Shown piece after piece: positions 19,077-29,152 of a stretch of 64,000 bases of DNA. The notes under the pieces are model-generated. The model made no database searches, was not told where the DNA came from, and saw nothing but the letters and a program-made list of their open reading frames with translations. The stretch spans positions 210,348-274,347 of the forward strand of contig CAJJPX010000001.1 of NCBI GenBank assembly GCA_905193755.1, written 5' to 3'. Position 1 is the first letter of the stretch. Each line of letters starts with the position of its first letter. This DNA comes from an uncultured Clostridium sp. GTDB taxonomy: Bacteria > Bacillota_I > Bacilli_A > RF39 > UBA660. The position numbers and the translations under genes were made by a program.

Positions 19077-19862
19077 TTAATTATTATAATATACTATTCT
19101 TCCATCCATTTGTTGAAAGAATTTATTAAATTTGTCTATCTCTAGTTTTTCTTTTTTACCTGTATTTGGATCATTATAATATGTATAATCACTATCTATT
19201 CCAGTAACAAGTATCGCATGTTCATGTCTTGGCCATCTAACTATTTCACCAGTTTCATAATCATACCATTTATCTTGTTCTCTATAAATAATACCTTCTT
19301 CCAAATCAGTAGTAAACCAAACTTCAATTGGATTTTTCTTTAATAATATTTTATATAAATCATCTACTGTTACATTCTTCTTAGTAAGTGCTCCATCTTT
19401 AAACTTATTTGCAGTCTGTCTAATAGGTTCATTAAATACTCCATAAGCATATTTGCTTTTAGGATTACCAACAAATTCTTTTTCAGGATTAGCTCCTTTT
19501 ACATTGTCACCACTACCATATGGAACAGGACCTTTAGGTAACTCATCATTAATATCATCTATAGTTACATCAATTCCATAATAGCTAAGTAACATATACA
19601 AAGATACACTCTCACATCCAGTTGGATAATCTGGATACTGATATACTGGATCCACATCTAACAATATTTGTTTATATCTTACACTTTTCTCTTGTATATT
19701 ATAATTACTTTTATCATTAACTTTATTATCTATATTATCTCCTTTATTATCATCATTTCCACCACTAAAAAAACTATAACCAAAATATCCTAAAGATAAG
19801 AATAATATAAACAAAATTGATTTTGGTAAAAATCTAAGTTTTCTTCTTCTAACTCTAGCCAC
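19077..19862 (-). CDS. Peptidase C39-like (YvpB-like) secreted cysteine peptidase
   Basis: TM or signal segment, then YQYPDYPTGCESVSLYMLL (Cys) and HAILVTG (His). Confidence 0.7.
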   Translation of the reverse strand: MARVRRRKLRFLPKSILFILFLSLGYFGYSFFSGGNDDNKGDNIDNKVNDKSNYNIQEKSVRYKQILLDVDPVYQYPDYPTGCESVSLYMLLSYYGIDVTIDDINDELPKGPVPYGSGDNVKGANPEKEFVGNPKSKYAYGVFNEPIRQTANKFKDGALTKKNVTVDDLYKILLKKNPIEVWFTTDLEEGIIYREQDKWYDYETGEIVRWPRHEHAILVTGIDSDYTYYNDPNTGKKEKLEIDKFNKFFQQMDGRIVYYNN

Positions 19863-19980
19863 TTCTTACTTCTCTATATATTATATTTTATCATAATTAA
19901 ATATAACTCTTCATAATTTAATAGTTTTAATGTAAAGTATATAAAAAACTATAACAATTTAAAGTGACATCTAAATGACT

Positions 19981-20892
19981 TCACACTTCTTCTCTTTCAA
20001 ATAATTTCTTACTTAACTCTCTAGCAGTTACATCACTATGTATTCCATAATTATAAGTTCTAAATATTATATTCTTACAGACTTTTCTATATATCATTCT
20101 AATATTTTTCCATCTAGTTTCTATTTTTCTACCAAGTACTTCATATAACATTTTTAATTCACCATTAGAAATATCATTATAAATAGGTATTCCATCTTTA
20201 GAAGCATAATAGTCAACTTTATCATTTATATCTTGAAAATAAAATTGTTTTATTTTTAAAAACATTTCTACTTTATAATCACTTATTTCATCTATATTAC
20301 CTATACCAACTGGATACATCAAACTATTATTTTTATATTTTTTAAATGGTAATATAAGTGTCCCTGAAACACCACCAGCTATTACTAATTTAACTATATC
20401 AGGATGCAATAATGCAAATCTATTCACAAATATACCAGAACTAGAAAATCCATAAAGAATAAGTTTGTCATCAATAACTATATCATTATCATATAATCTT
20501 CTCTTAGCATCCTTAATCATATTTACTATTTGTTTGTCAATTCTTTCTTCTTTATTTTTAAATATTTTTCTTAATAAATCATTTTTTGATATTAATGGAC
20601 AAATAATTGGATACCTAGTTTTGCTATTAACATAATGAATATTATCTTTAAAACTCTTAAATTCTTCATATAACTGTTCTACTTCATTATCTAAATCATA
20701 ATTTATTCCCTCTAAAACAAGTATAGTATGATCTTTAATATCATTTGGTATAAATAATAAATATTCAAAATTAAAACCATCTTTTATAGAAGAAGGTACT
20801 CTATATAACATACCACCATTCTTAAGATTATTTTTAGGATTAATTACTTCTAAAAAAGAATCATCAAAATTTATATATTTCATATTTATCAT
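19981..20892 (-). CDS. Hypothetical protein, possibly alpha/beta-hydrolase fold
   Basis: GFSSSG nucleophile-elbow-like motif. No other recognisable feature. Confidence 0.55.
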   Translation of the reverse strand: MINMKYINFDDSFLEVINPKNNLKNGGMLYRVPSSIKDGFNFEYLLFIPNDIKDHTILVLEGINYDLDNEVEQLYEEFKSFKDNIHYVNSKTRYPIICPLISKNDLLRKIFKNKEERIDKQIVNMIKDAKRRLYDNDIVIDDKLILYGFSSSGIFVNRFALLHPDIVKLVIAGGVSGTLILPFKKYKNNSLMYPVGIGNIDEISDYKVEMFLKIKQFYFQDINDKVDYYASKDGIPIYNDISNGELKMLYEVLGRKIETRWKNIRMIYRKVCKNIIFRTYNYGIHSDVTARELSKKLFEREEV

Positions 20893-20923
20893 CCCATACT
20901 TTTTATTCTAAATTTATAATATC

Positions 20924-20956
20924 AAAAAAAGAAGAAACTATCAAATAATAGTTTCT
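20924..20956 (-). terminator. Terminator after the 315-aa gene that follows trpS
   Basis: AGAAACTAT-loop-ATAGTTTCT 9-bp stem followed by TCTTTTTTT on the minus strand. Confidence 0.7.
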
Positions 20957-20959
20957 AGT

Positions 20960-21907
20960 TTATACTCTTCTAACAGGTCCATCATAATGTACCATAGGCA
21001 TATCTTTATCTTCAGGTACCATTCTTACAAAATCACTTAATTCATAAGGAAGTATATCTTTGGTTGTTACAAACATACCAGTAGTTCCATTATGCATAGG
21101 AGTTCCTTCTTTTACTTTAACTACTCCTGGAAGAGCATTAATCATATCAATATTACATAGTTTTGGTATAAAGTACTCAACTACTGCATCTTTATCTTCA
21201 TAAGTTACTTCTATACTTAAAGCATGTCCTTTATCTCTAACCATCATAAGTGATTTATTAACAGCTGGAAGACCTATTAAATCAACATCACCAGCGCCAG
21301 TATCTTTAGGAAAACTATCAAATATACTTTTAGTTTCACTATGACTTTTACCATATAATGTTATACCATAATACCCATCACTTCTAGAATCAATAACATT
21401 TAAAGATTGAAGTAACTCATCATTATTCATAGTGTATGAATGATATAAATGTAATAACTCATTAATAGAAACTATATTACCAGGAAAACTCTCTATACTA
21501 TTAAATCCAGTATATCCAACAAAATGTCTTTTAACTTCTTGAACAAACTCTTCTCTCATACCAGAAACTCTAGTACTAAAGAATCTTCTAATTTCATTTG
21601 GTTCATATCTAACACCAGCACATTCATTCATAATACTAGTTATAAATTCATCTATTCTTTTAATAGTATCTTTATCTAAATCAAGACTTTTTCCCATAGC
21701 TTTAAAATCAAATTTAAAGTCTCTTAATCCATCATATAATTTATCCATATATTTAACTATTGAATCATTACTATATAAGTCAGTTTCTGTTGGTACTAAA
21801 CTATGTAATTCTTTTTTAACACCTAAATTAATACCAAAGAATCTTTCCATTTTATCAGTTTTTTCTTGTTTTATATCTTCCTCTGATTTCTTAAATATAT
21901 CAAACAT
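20960..21907 (-). CDS. Hypothetical protein (315 aa), apparently co-transcribed with trpS
   Basis: The gap to the trpS stop is 34 nt with no hairpin. SD GGTGAAG. No recognisable motif. Confidence 0.6.
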   Translation of the reverse strand: MFDIFKKSEEDIKQEKTDKMERFFGINLGVKKELHSLVPTETDLYSNDSIVKYMDKLYDGLRDFKFDFKAMGKSLDLDKDTIKRIDEFITSIMNECAGVRYEPNEIRRFFSTRVSGMREEFVQEVKRHFVGYTGFNSIESFPGNIVSINELLHLYHSYTMNNDELLQSLNVIDSRSDGYYGITLYGKSHSETKSIFDSFPKDTGAGDVDLIGLPAVNKSLMMVRDKGHALSIEVTYEDKDAVVEYFIPKLCNIDMINALPGVVKVKEGTPMHNGTTGMFVTTKDILPYELSDFVRMVPEDKDMPMVHYDGPVRRV

Positions 21908-21941
21908 GCTTCACCTACTATAAGTATATAATACTATATTT

Positions 21942-23024
21942 TTAATTATTTATAAACTTATTTTTAAATTCTTCATCATCAAAATAGTTAATTCCTATAT
22001 CTTTTTTAACTTTATTAAGAATTATATTTGAGTGTTCTATGGCTTTTAATGTACCTTGTCTTAACATTTCAAACACTTCAGGTTTACGTTTTTCATAGTC
22101 TTCACGTCTTGTTCTAATAGGTTCCATCACTTCTTGCATAACATCATTTAAGAATCTCTTAACTTTCATATCTCCTAAACCACCACGTTCATAGTGTGCT
22201 TTTAATTCATCAAGATTTTTATATTCTGATAAGTATTTCTTGAAGTGTTCATCTGTGGCAAATGCTTCTAAATATATAAATACTGTATTATTTTTAGTAT
22301 CCCCTGGATCTTCTACTCTAATATGATTAGGATCAGTATACATACTCATTACTTTTCTCTTTATTTCTTCACTTGAGTCTTTTAAATATATACAGTTACC
22401 AAGAGATTTACTCATCTTAGCATTTCCATCAGTACCAGGAAGTCTTGAACAAGTTTCATTATCTGGAAGAATTGCTTCAGGTAATACTAAAGTATCTGTT
22501 TTATATATTCTATTAAATGAATTAACTATTTCACGAGTTTGTTCTATCATTGGAAGTTGATCATCTCCAACTGGTACATACTTAGCACCAAAAGCAGTTA
22601 TATCAGCAGCTTGACTAATTGGATATGTAAAGAATCCTACTGGTAAATTATTTTCAAAATTTCTAAGTTTTATTTCATTCTTAATAGTTGGATTTCTTTG
22701 AAGTCTAGCAACTGTTACTAAGTTTGAATATAACATTGGAAGTTCATATAAAGCAGGTATTTCACTTTGTAATAAGAATGTTGTCTTATCTGGTTCTAAT
22801 CCTGCAGCTAGATAATCAAGCATAACCTCCATTACATTTTCTCTTATCTTTTCTGGATTATCTGCATTATCTGTAAGTGCTTGTAAATCCGCAATCATAA
22901 CAAATTGATTATATTTTCCACTATTTTGTATTTCTACACGTTTTCTAAGTGACCCAACATAATGTCCTATATGTAATGGACCTGTAGGTCTATCTCCTGT
23001 TAAAGTTATTATTTTTTCTTTCAT
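21942..23024 (-). CDS. trpS: Tryptophan--tRNA ligase
   Basis: Class I motifs LHIGHYVG and KMSKSLG, plus TYPISQAADI...VPVGDDQ, typical of TrpRS. Sits downstream of a T-box leader. Confidence 0.85.
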   Translation of the reverse strand: MKEKIITLTGDRPTGPLHIGHYVGSLRKRVEIQNSGKYNQFVMIADLQALTDNADNPEKIRENVMEVMLDYLAAGLEPDKTTFLLQSEIPALYELPMLYSNLVTVARLQRNPTIKNEIKLRNFENNLPVGFFTYPISQAADITAFGAKYVPVGDDQLPMIEQTREIVNSFNRIYKTDTLVLPEAILPDNETCSRLPGTDGNAKMSKSLGNCIYLKDSSEEIKRKVMSMYTDPNHIRVEDPGDTKNNTVFIYLEAFATDEHFKKYLSEYKNLDELKAHYERGGLGDMKVKRFLNDVMQEVMEPIRTRREDYEKRKPEVFEMLRQGTLKAIEHSNIILNKVKKDIGINYFDDEEFKNKFINN

Positions 23025-23124
23025 AATTTCATCTCTCCTTAAATATTAATATTTTTATTTTTGCTTTAGTTATTAATACTTAACACCATCGAAATCCCTC
23101 ATAATATTTTATCATTTCTTCACC

Positions 23125-23373
23125 TCTAATAAAAAAATCTTACCCTAAACTAGGATAAGATTATAAATTCTTACTATTGCCACCTAAAATAGCTTATTAC
23201 CTATACCATCATATAGTCCTTTTATTAACAAAGACGAGTACTTCGTATTATCCTACTATCGTTTCAGATAATCTTTCATTGGCCCATTCAATATAATCAG
23301 TCTTATGACTTTCCATCAACCAGTCACTTTCTATAAAGAATCATATATCTACTCTTCCAAATCAACAATTTAT
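23125..23373 (-). promoter_or_regulatory. T-box leader (probable tRNA-Trp responsive) with terminator
   Basis: The minus strand has GGAAGAGTAG near the 5' end and the T-box-like sequence TTTTAGGTGGCAATAG. This overlaps a terminator ATCTTATCCT-loop-AGGGTAAGAT followed by TTTTTTT. The single stem mismatch is G-U only on the minus strand. UGG triplets occur at 23313-23315 and 23320-23322. Confidence 0.65.
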
Positions 23374-23379
23374 GAGTAA

Positions 23380-23408
23380 ATTATAATATATTTTTTATAC
23401 GTTGTCAA
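23380..23408 (-). promoter_or_regulatory. Consensus sigma-A promoter for the T-box/trpS unit
   Basis: The minus strand reads TTGACA, exactly 17 nt, then TATAAT. Confidence 0.75.
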
Positions 23409-23411
23409 CTT

Positions 23412-24194
23412 TTATACTCCAACACTCATAGTTTCAGGAAGTGTACTACCACCATCTATTACTATTCCTTGTCCAGTTATATAGCTTGCTTCATCACTAG
23501 CAAGAAATGCTGCAAGTTCTCCTAACTCTTCAATAGTACCAAGTCTTTTCATTGGAATACCTATTCTTATACCTTCAATAACACTCTTTGGATCACTACT
23601 ATTAGAATCTTTTGCTATTCCATCTACCATAGGAGTCATTATATATCCAGGCATTATAGCATTTACTCTTATATTTCTACTTACTAGTTCCATCGCAAGT
23701 CCTTTAGTAAATCCAATTAAAGCAGCCTTAGTAGTCGCATAAGCACATTCTCCAGTATCAGCAACCATTGGTCCAGTTACACTAGATAAATTAACAATAC
23801 TACCATTATCATTAAAATACTTAAGACAAGACTTAGTTACATTCCAAGTACCCTTTATATTAATATCAAAATGGAAATCTCTTACTTCATCACTCATATC
23901 CATAAAATTTTCTATTTTGGCAACACCTGCATTATTAACAAGTACATCTATATTACCAAATATTTCTTTAGTCTTTTCAATTGCTTCATTTACTTTTTCT
24001 TTATCTCTAATATCTGCATGAAATCCTATAGCATTATATCCTTCATTATTAAGTTTAGCTACTACTTCACTCACAGATTCATCATAATCAATAATAGATA
24101 CTTTAGCTCCATATTTTAAAAACACTTTTACTATTCCAAGTCCATTTCCCATAGCTCCACCTGTTACTACACATACTTTATTCTTTAATTTCAT
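23412..24194 (-). CDS. SDR-family oxidoreductase
   Basis: TGGAMGNGLG, NNAG and YATTK motifs. Confidence 0.85.
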   Translation of the reverse strand: MKLKNKVCVVTGGAMGNGLGIVKVFLKYGAKVSIIDYDESVSEVVAKLNNEGYNAIGFHADIRDKEKVNEAIEKTKEIFGNIDVLVNNAGVAKIENFMDMSDEVRDFHFDINIKGTWNVTKSCLKYFNDNGSIVNLSSVTGPMVADTGECAYATTKAALIGFTKGLAMELVSRNIRVNAIMPGYIMTPMVDGIAKDSNSSDPKSVIEGIRIGIPMKRLGTIEELGELAAFLASDEASYITGQGIVIDGGSTLPETMSVGV

Positions 24195-24240
24195 AATTCA
24201 CCTCAATTTTATAATAACAAAAAAGTAACCAAATTAATAG

Positions 24241-24861
24241 TTACTTATTACAATCAGTTGTACAATAATCAAAAGAAACATCATTAATCATTTTAGATAA
24301 TCTATTCTTAAGACCATCCAAATCTTCATTTTTCCAATAATCTTCAGGTTTTTCATATCCTTTAGTATCATAAGATGTTTCATCATCAAAACCAACAATT
24401 TTACCTTTATTAACAGCTATAACAGCAGGCACATAAATTCTCTTATTTCCTTCATCATCATATTTTAAATAATCTTTTAATAATTCAACAGTTTTCTTAT
24501 AATCATCAGTATTATTCTTTCTATCTTTTAAAATATTAAAATAATATATTTTATCTAATTTTGCCTTTTTAGCAACTTCATTCAAATAAGGAACATATCC
24601 TTTACACCAAGGACATTCAGGAAAACCCAAATACACAATTCCAGTACCATTTTTAAGTATTTTATTTATTTCTTCAAGTGTTTTATAAACAAATACATTA
24701 TCATTATCAATAGAATATTCACTGGCGAATTTTTCAGCATCTGTTTCTTTATTTTCTATACTTGTGAATACTTTATAGAATCCGATACTACATGCTAAGA
24801 CTAAAACTACTATTCCAATAATGGTATATAATTTTTTGTTCTTTTTATCTTTTTTCTTCAT
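24241..24861 (-). CDS. Membrane-anchored thioredoxin-fold protein (CPWC)
   Basis: N-terminal TM helix and GFPECPWCKGYVPYL. Confidence 0.7.
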   Translation of the reverse strand: MKKKDKKNKKLYTIIGIVVLVLACSIGFYKVFTSIENKETDAEKFASEYSIDNDNVFVYKTLEEINKILKNGTGIVYLGFPECPWCKGYVPYLNEVAKKAKLDKIYYFNILKDRKNNTDDYKKTVELLKDYLKYDDEGNKRIYVPAVIAVNKGKIVGFDDETSYDTKGYEKPEDYWKNEDLDGLKNRLSKMINDVSFDYCTTDCNK

Positions 24862-24947
24862 AATCTACATCCTTACATTATCATTTTAATATATTTTTAT
24901 AAAAAATACTATAAATTTTAAGTTTAGATACTAAACTTAAGGTTGAG

Positions 24948-25634
24948 TTATTTATTACAACTAGCAAGTGATAATGGAATTTTATATGTAGTAGTCTTAC
25001 CATCTTTACTAGCAAGTATTTCTATATATAAATGATTATTAGTATAATTCTTACAATTAGATTCATAATCATCTATTACAAATTCTACTTCATGTAAATA
25101 TTCTTCAAGAGTAACATTATCTTTCTTATTATATTCACTTATCTTAGTAATCACATCATCATGAGAATCATATAATATACATTCTATACTATCATAAGTA
25201 TTATTATCATCTCCACCACAATATTTAACATTAGAAATATATATAGAAGATTTATCTTTATTATAAGCTATACTTCCAGATATAGTAAAATCTTTACATG
25301 AAGCACTTAATGTTTTAAATTCAAACTTTTCTTTATGAAAAAACATAAGTCCAATTAACAATATTAATATCAAAATTAATACTATTATAATTGGTATATA
25401 ATATTTATGATCAGGTTTACTTTTCTTACTTTCACCCTCAAGTATATCATCTATATTTATATTAAAATCTTTACTCATCTGTTTTATTATAGAAATATCT
25501 GGTATATTTTTACCATTCTCCCATTTACTTACTGCTTGATATGTAACACCATATTTAAGAGCTAAATCAGCTTGAGTTAAATTATTATTTTTTCTAAGTT
25601 CTTTTATAAATTTTCCAATTTTCTCTTGATCCAT
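24948..25634 (-). CDS. XRE-family HTH protein with a TM helix and an extracytoplasmic domain
   Basis: LRKNNNLTQADLALKYGVTYQAVSKWENG, then a TM helix. ATG at 25634 preferred (SD GGAG). Confidence 0.7.
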   Translation of the reverse strand: MDQEKIGKFIKELRKNNNLTQADLALKYGVTYQAVSKWENGKNIPDISIIKQMSKDFNINIDDILEGESKKSKPDHKYYIPIIIVLILILILLIGLMFFHKEKFEFKTLSASCKDFTISGSIAYNKDKSSIYISNVKYCGGDDNNTYDSIECILYDSHDDVITKISEYNKKDNVTLEEYLHEVEFVIDDYESNCKNYTNNHLYIEILASKDGKTTTYKIPLSLASCNK

Positions 25635-25692
25635 ATCTACTCCATTCACAAATATTATAACAAAAAAAGAATAATTTTTAAATTACTCTTTT

Positions 25693-27339
25693 TTATTCAT
25701 TACTAGTTTTTATTCTAAGTTCTTTAACATTATTTTTTTGCATTCTATCAGTGTAATATAGGAATCTATCACATATATCATTTTCAAGTACTTGTAATAG
25801 ATAATCTCTATCACCATAATTTTCATATTTTAATTTACTTGGTCTTAAATAATAAAAACTATCTCTTGATTTTAAGTCTTGACTAAATACTAATTCATAG
25901 TTGCCATACTGACATAATATAGTCTCTTTAGATGTTCTTGTTCTTCTAGATAAATTAACAACATTACCTTTGTTTACAAAAATACTAAGTGGTAACAATA
26001 ATGCTTCATCACTTATTTCTTCTTTAGTTTTGACATTTACTGAATCATTATCTAAACTAATAAAATTATCAACATTAGCATTACCAAGCACAAATGGCTC
26101 ATATCTTTTACTTTTTCCATCTTTTGGAAAACTAACAAATATATTATATAAATCATTATTAAACATTGAAAGTAATAATTTATCTTTATCTTCATCAAGA
26201 AATGATATATTTTCAAGTATTATTAAGTCTTGAGTATTATATTTACCATTCTCAGCATCATCTAATATTTTAAATACTTTATCATATGTATTAATAGCAC
26301 TATTAACTCTATCATTATCTTTATTTGGATTTAATACCAATAATACACTTTTATATTTAAGCATTAAAGTAGTTTTTAACTTTCTAATAAGTTTTCTTTT
26401 TTCATTAATTTTATTTATTTGTCTTTCAATACTAATTTTAGTACTTGTAAATTGTTTATTTACTATTGATTCTTCTATTCTATTTAATAACTCTTCTCTA
26501 GCATCTTTACTTATATAAGTTTCATCCATTTTATTTACTTTTCTAATCAAAGCAAAATATTCTTTCCTATTTTTTTCATAATAATCAGATATTTCTTTAG
26601 ATTTAACTCTAAAAGTCTTAAATATTGTTTTTTCTTCTTCACTAGTTAAATTAGCATTAAAAAGCATATTCATATACGATTTTCTAAATTCTAAAAAAGA
26701 AGTAGTAGAAGAATACTCATCATCAATAAAACTATCTAATGTTATTCTATCTAAAGAACTATCTATATATTGTTTTCTTACATTTACCATACCATATAAT
26801 CTTCTTAAAAAACTATCAACATCGGTATTATAGTCTATTTCATACTTAAATGAAGCTGGTATCTTATTAATTATACGATATCTTGTTTCTTCGTTTTTAT
26901 ATAAAAGTGATATAAAACTTAAAAACATATCAACACTTTTCTTAAGTTCGACATTATTAGTAGCATTTTCAATGTTACATCTATTATAAAGATTAGAAAC
27001 ATCTCTTTTAAGTTTTGAATCTTTAGAATTTATGAAATAACTTTTTAACATAGAAGTAGCTTTGGCTTTTCTTAAGAAAAATACAACATCATCATTATTA
27101 GATTGTTGTTTAGTTTTAGTAGTATTTACTCTATCAATATTTTGTTTTAAATAAACATAAGCATTATTAATATCAATAGATTTTTGAGTATAATCTTTAA
27201 GTTCAGCCTCGCTTGAATCAGCATGTCTATCTGGATGATATTGTTTCATTAATTCTCTATATCTTTTAGTTATAATTTCTATAGTTAATATTGTATCTAA
27301 ATCAAATCCTAATATAGTTCTAGCATTTGCGATTGACAT
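25693..27339 (-). CDS. J-domain (DnaJ-like) protein with a large uncharacterised C-terminal region
   Basis: YRELMKQYHPDRH (HPD motif) within an N-terminal region of about 65 aa. ATG at 27339 sits behind AAAGGGGGG. The remaining roughly 480 aa are unrecognised. Confidence 0.7.
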   Translation of the reverse strand: MSIANARTILGFDLDTILTIEIITKRYRELMKQYHPDRHADSSEAELKDYTQKSIDINNAYVYLKQNIDRVNTTKTKQQSNNDDVVFFLRKAKATSMLKSYFINSKDSKLKRDVSNLYNRCNIENATNNVELKKSVDMFLSFISLLYKNEETRYRIINKIPASFKYEIDYNTDVDSFLRRLYGMVNVRKQYIDSSLDRITLDSFIDDEYSSTTSFLEFRKSYMNMLFNANLTSEEEKTIFKTFRVKSKEISDYYEKNRKEYFALIRKVNKMDETYISKDAREELLNRIEESIVNKQFTSTKISIERQINKINEKRKLIRKLKTTLMLKYKSVLLVLNPNKDNDRVNSAINTYDKVFKILDDAENGKYNTQDLIILENISFLDEDKDKLLLSMFNNDLYNIFVSFPKDGKSKRYEPFVLGNANVDNFISLDNDSVNVKTKEEISDEALLLPLSIFVNKGNVVNLSRRTRTSKETILCQYGNYELVFSQDLKSRDSFYYLRPSKLKYENYGDRDYLLQVLENDICDRFLYYTDRMQKNNVKELRIKTSNE

Positions 27340-27416
27340 AATTAACCCCCCTTTATCCAAAAGCTATTACATTATATCATATTTGATACAATAAGTCAAT
27401 TATAATAAAAAAACTA

Positions 27417-28478
27417 CTATAAAGTAGTCCTATTTTTCATAGTTAATTTCATCTGTTGTGAATCTGTTGGAACTAAATCAAAATTCTTAATGAAAGCTCC
27501 TGGTTTCAATGAATTAACAAGTAAAGTTTTTATTTCAGGAAGAGTTTTTCCTTTTATTTTAGCAGCGGCAGAAAATTCATTTCCTCCTCCTCCAAATAAT
27601 CTCATTATTCTTGATACATCTATCATTCCTTTACTTCTGGCACTCATACTTATTGTTTCATCATCTATATATGCCATCGCAAAACTACAATTGATATTAT
27701 ATTTAAGTAAATAATCAGCAGCTTTTGCTATATCTTCTGGTTCATATATTCTACCACTATCTTCTGAATCAGATGCTATCGCAAACATAAAAGTTTGAAA
27801 ATCAGTATTATCTACTAATCTTTGAATAGCTCTATCATGTTCAAAATCTTCTAAAAACATATTATTAGCTATAGTAGGATCTGCTCCACATGCAGTTAAT
27901 AAAGAAGCAACTTCAAATGTTCTAGCACTAGTATTTTTACTTAATTTATTAGTATCAAGTATTATACCAGCAAGTAAATAATTAGCGTAATCTGGAGATA
28001 CTTTAACATCATATAAAAACAATAATCTTGATACTTCTTCACACGCACTAGAAACCTTATCATCTACAAATAAATAAGGTGTCTTAATAGTATGTTCATC
28101 CATTTTATGATGATCAATAACCATAATATTTTTAAAATCTTTTAAATATTTTTGTGTACAAAGCAAATAATCTTTATTAGCGTCCACTGCTATCATAAGA
28201 CTTCTATCAGTCAAATAAACAGACAAGTCATTAGAACGTATAAATTCAAAATTACCTTTAACACTATCTAAGACCTTCTTAGTTTCAGGTTCTAACTTCT
28301 CATAATCATCATCTATTACAATATAACATTTCTTATTTTTTTTCTTGCATATTAAAGCCATACCAATAGAAGCACCTAATGCATCAAAATCAGGTCTAAT
28401 ATGTGGAACAATAAATACATTATCATTTACTTCAAGTAATCTATCTAATACTCCTTTAACACACTTACTATTTTGCAT
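27417..28478 (-). CDS. DHH/DHHA1-family phosphoesterase
   Basis: PDFDALGAS, VIDHHKMD, ILDTNKL and GGGGNEFSAAA. Confidence 0.8.
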   Translation of the reverse strand: MQNSKCVKGVLDRLLEVNDNVFIVPHIRPDFDALGASIGMALICKKKNKKCYIVIDDDYEKLEPETKKVLDSVKGNFEFIRSNDLSVYLTDRSLMIAVDANKDYLLCTQKYLKDFKNIMVIDHHKMDEHTIKTPYLFVDDKVSSACEEVSRLLFLYDVKVSPDYANYLLAGIILDTNKLSKNTSARTFEVASLLTACGADPTIANNMFLEDFEHDRAIQRLVDNTDFQTFMFAIASDSEDSGRIYEPEDIAKAADYLLKYNINCSFAMAYIDDETISMSARSKGMIDVSRIMRLFGGGGNEFSAAAKIKGKTLPEIKTLLVNSLKPGAFIKNFDLVPTDSQQMKLTMKNRTTL

Positions 28479-28536
28479 AATATCTCCATTCCAAATAATA
28501 CTCTATATTATATTAAAAAAGACTCTAAAAAGTCAA

Positions 28537-29085
28537 TTATGAGTCTTTATTATCTAAATAATTTGTATTAACACTTTTATCTATTTCATTATTTACTTCA
28601 TCTTCATCTACTATTAAATCATACTCATCTTCACTATTGCTAACAGGAATTCTTATCTTAGCATCTCCTACTATCTCAATACCAAGTTCTTTAGATATAG
28701 TATATTTAATTGTTTTATCTTCATTTGATACATCTATACAAGTAGGGTTTTTAAGACTTCTAATAATAATTTCAGAGCTATCATTTAAATCCCTATTCTC
28801 ACGCACCTTAACTCTAACTTTCTCTTCATAAAACATTTTCTTACTTACTACATTAGTCTTCGTATTATTATCATAACTATACCATATATTAATATCATAA
28901 CTTCCATTTATTTTGATATACTCATCATCCTTCTTACCCTTTATTTTATGATTTATTACCCAACACCCAAGTACAGTATCAACATCAGTATCAGTAGTTA
29001 ATTCATAATCATTCTTAAATGTTTTCTTTCCTTTTCCAATAACAGTCTTAGTAACTATCTCTTTATAATTATTAAACATAGGCAA
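28537..29085 (-). CDS. cotE: Spore coat morphogenetic protein CotE (Bacillus type)
   Basis: YKEIVTKTVIGKGKK, LGCWVINHK, YDINIWYSY and an acidic C-terminus parallel B. subtilis CotE. Confidence 0.85.
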   Translation of the reverse strand: MPMFNNYKEIVTKTVIGKGKKTFKNDYELTTDTDVDTVLGCWVINHKIKGKKDDEYIKINGSYDINIWYSYDNNTKTNVVSKKMFYEEKVRVKVRENRDLNDSSEIIIRSLKNPTCIDVSNEDKTIKYTISKELGIEIVGDAKIRIPVSNSEDEYDLIVDEDEVNNEIDKSVNTNYLDNKDS

Positions 29086-29152
29086 TCCTCCTATAATAGA
29101 ATATGCTTAATATTTATTTTTGATAAAAAAAATAAGAGATTTTAATAATCTC

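Noticed and set aside
23313-23322. Assignment of the exact T-box specifier codon
   Set aside because: Two UGG triplets are present, but I could not fold Stem I reliably by hand. Trp specificity rests on the downstream trpS gene only.
27417-28478. DHHA1 motif reads GGGGNEFSAAA rather than GGGH
   Set aside because: This could be a substrate-specificity change, but I cannot fix the motif register without an alignment. It is too weak to report as a finding.
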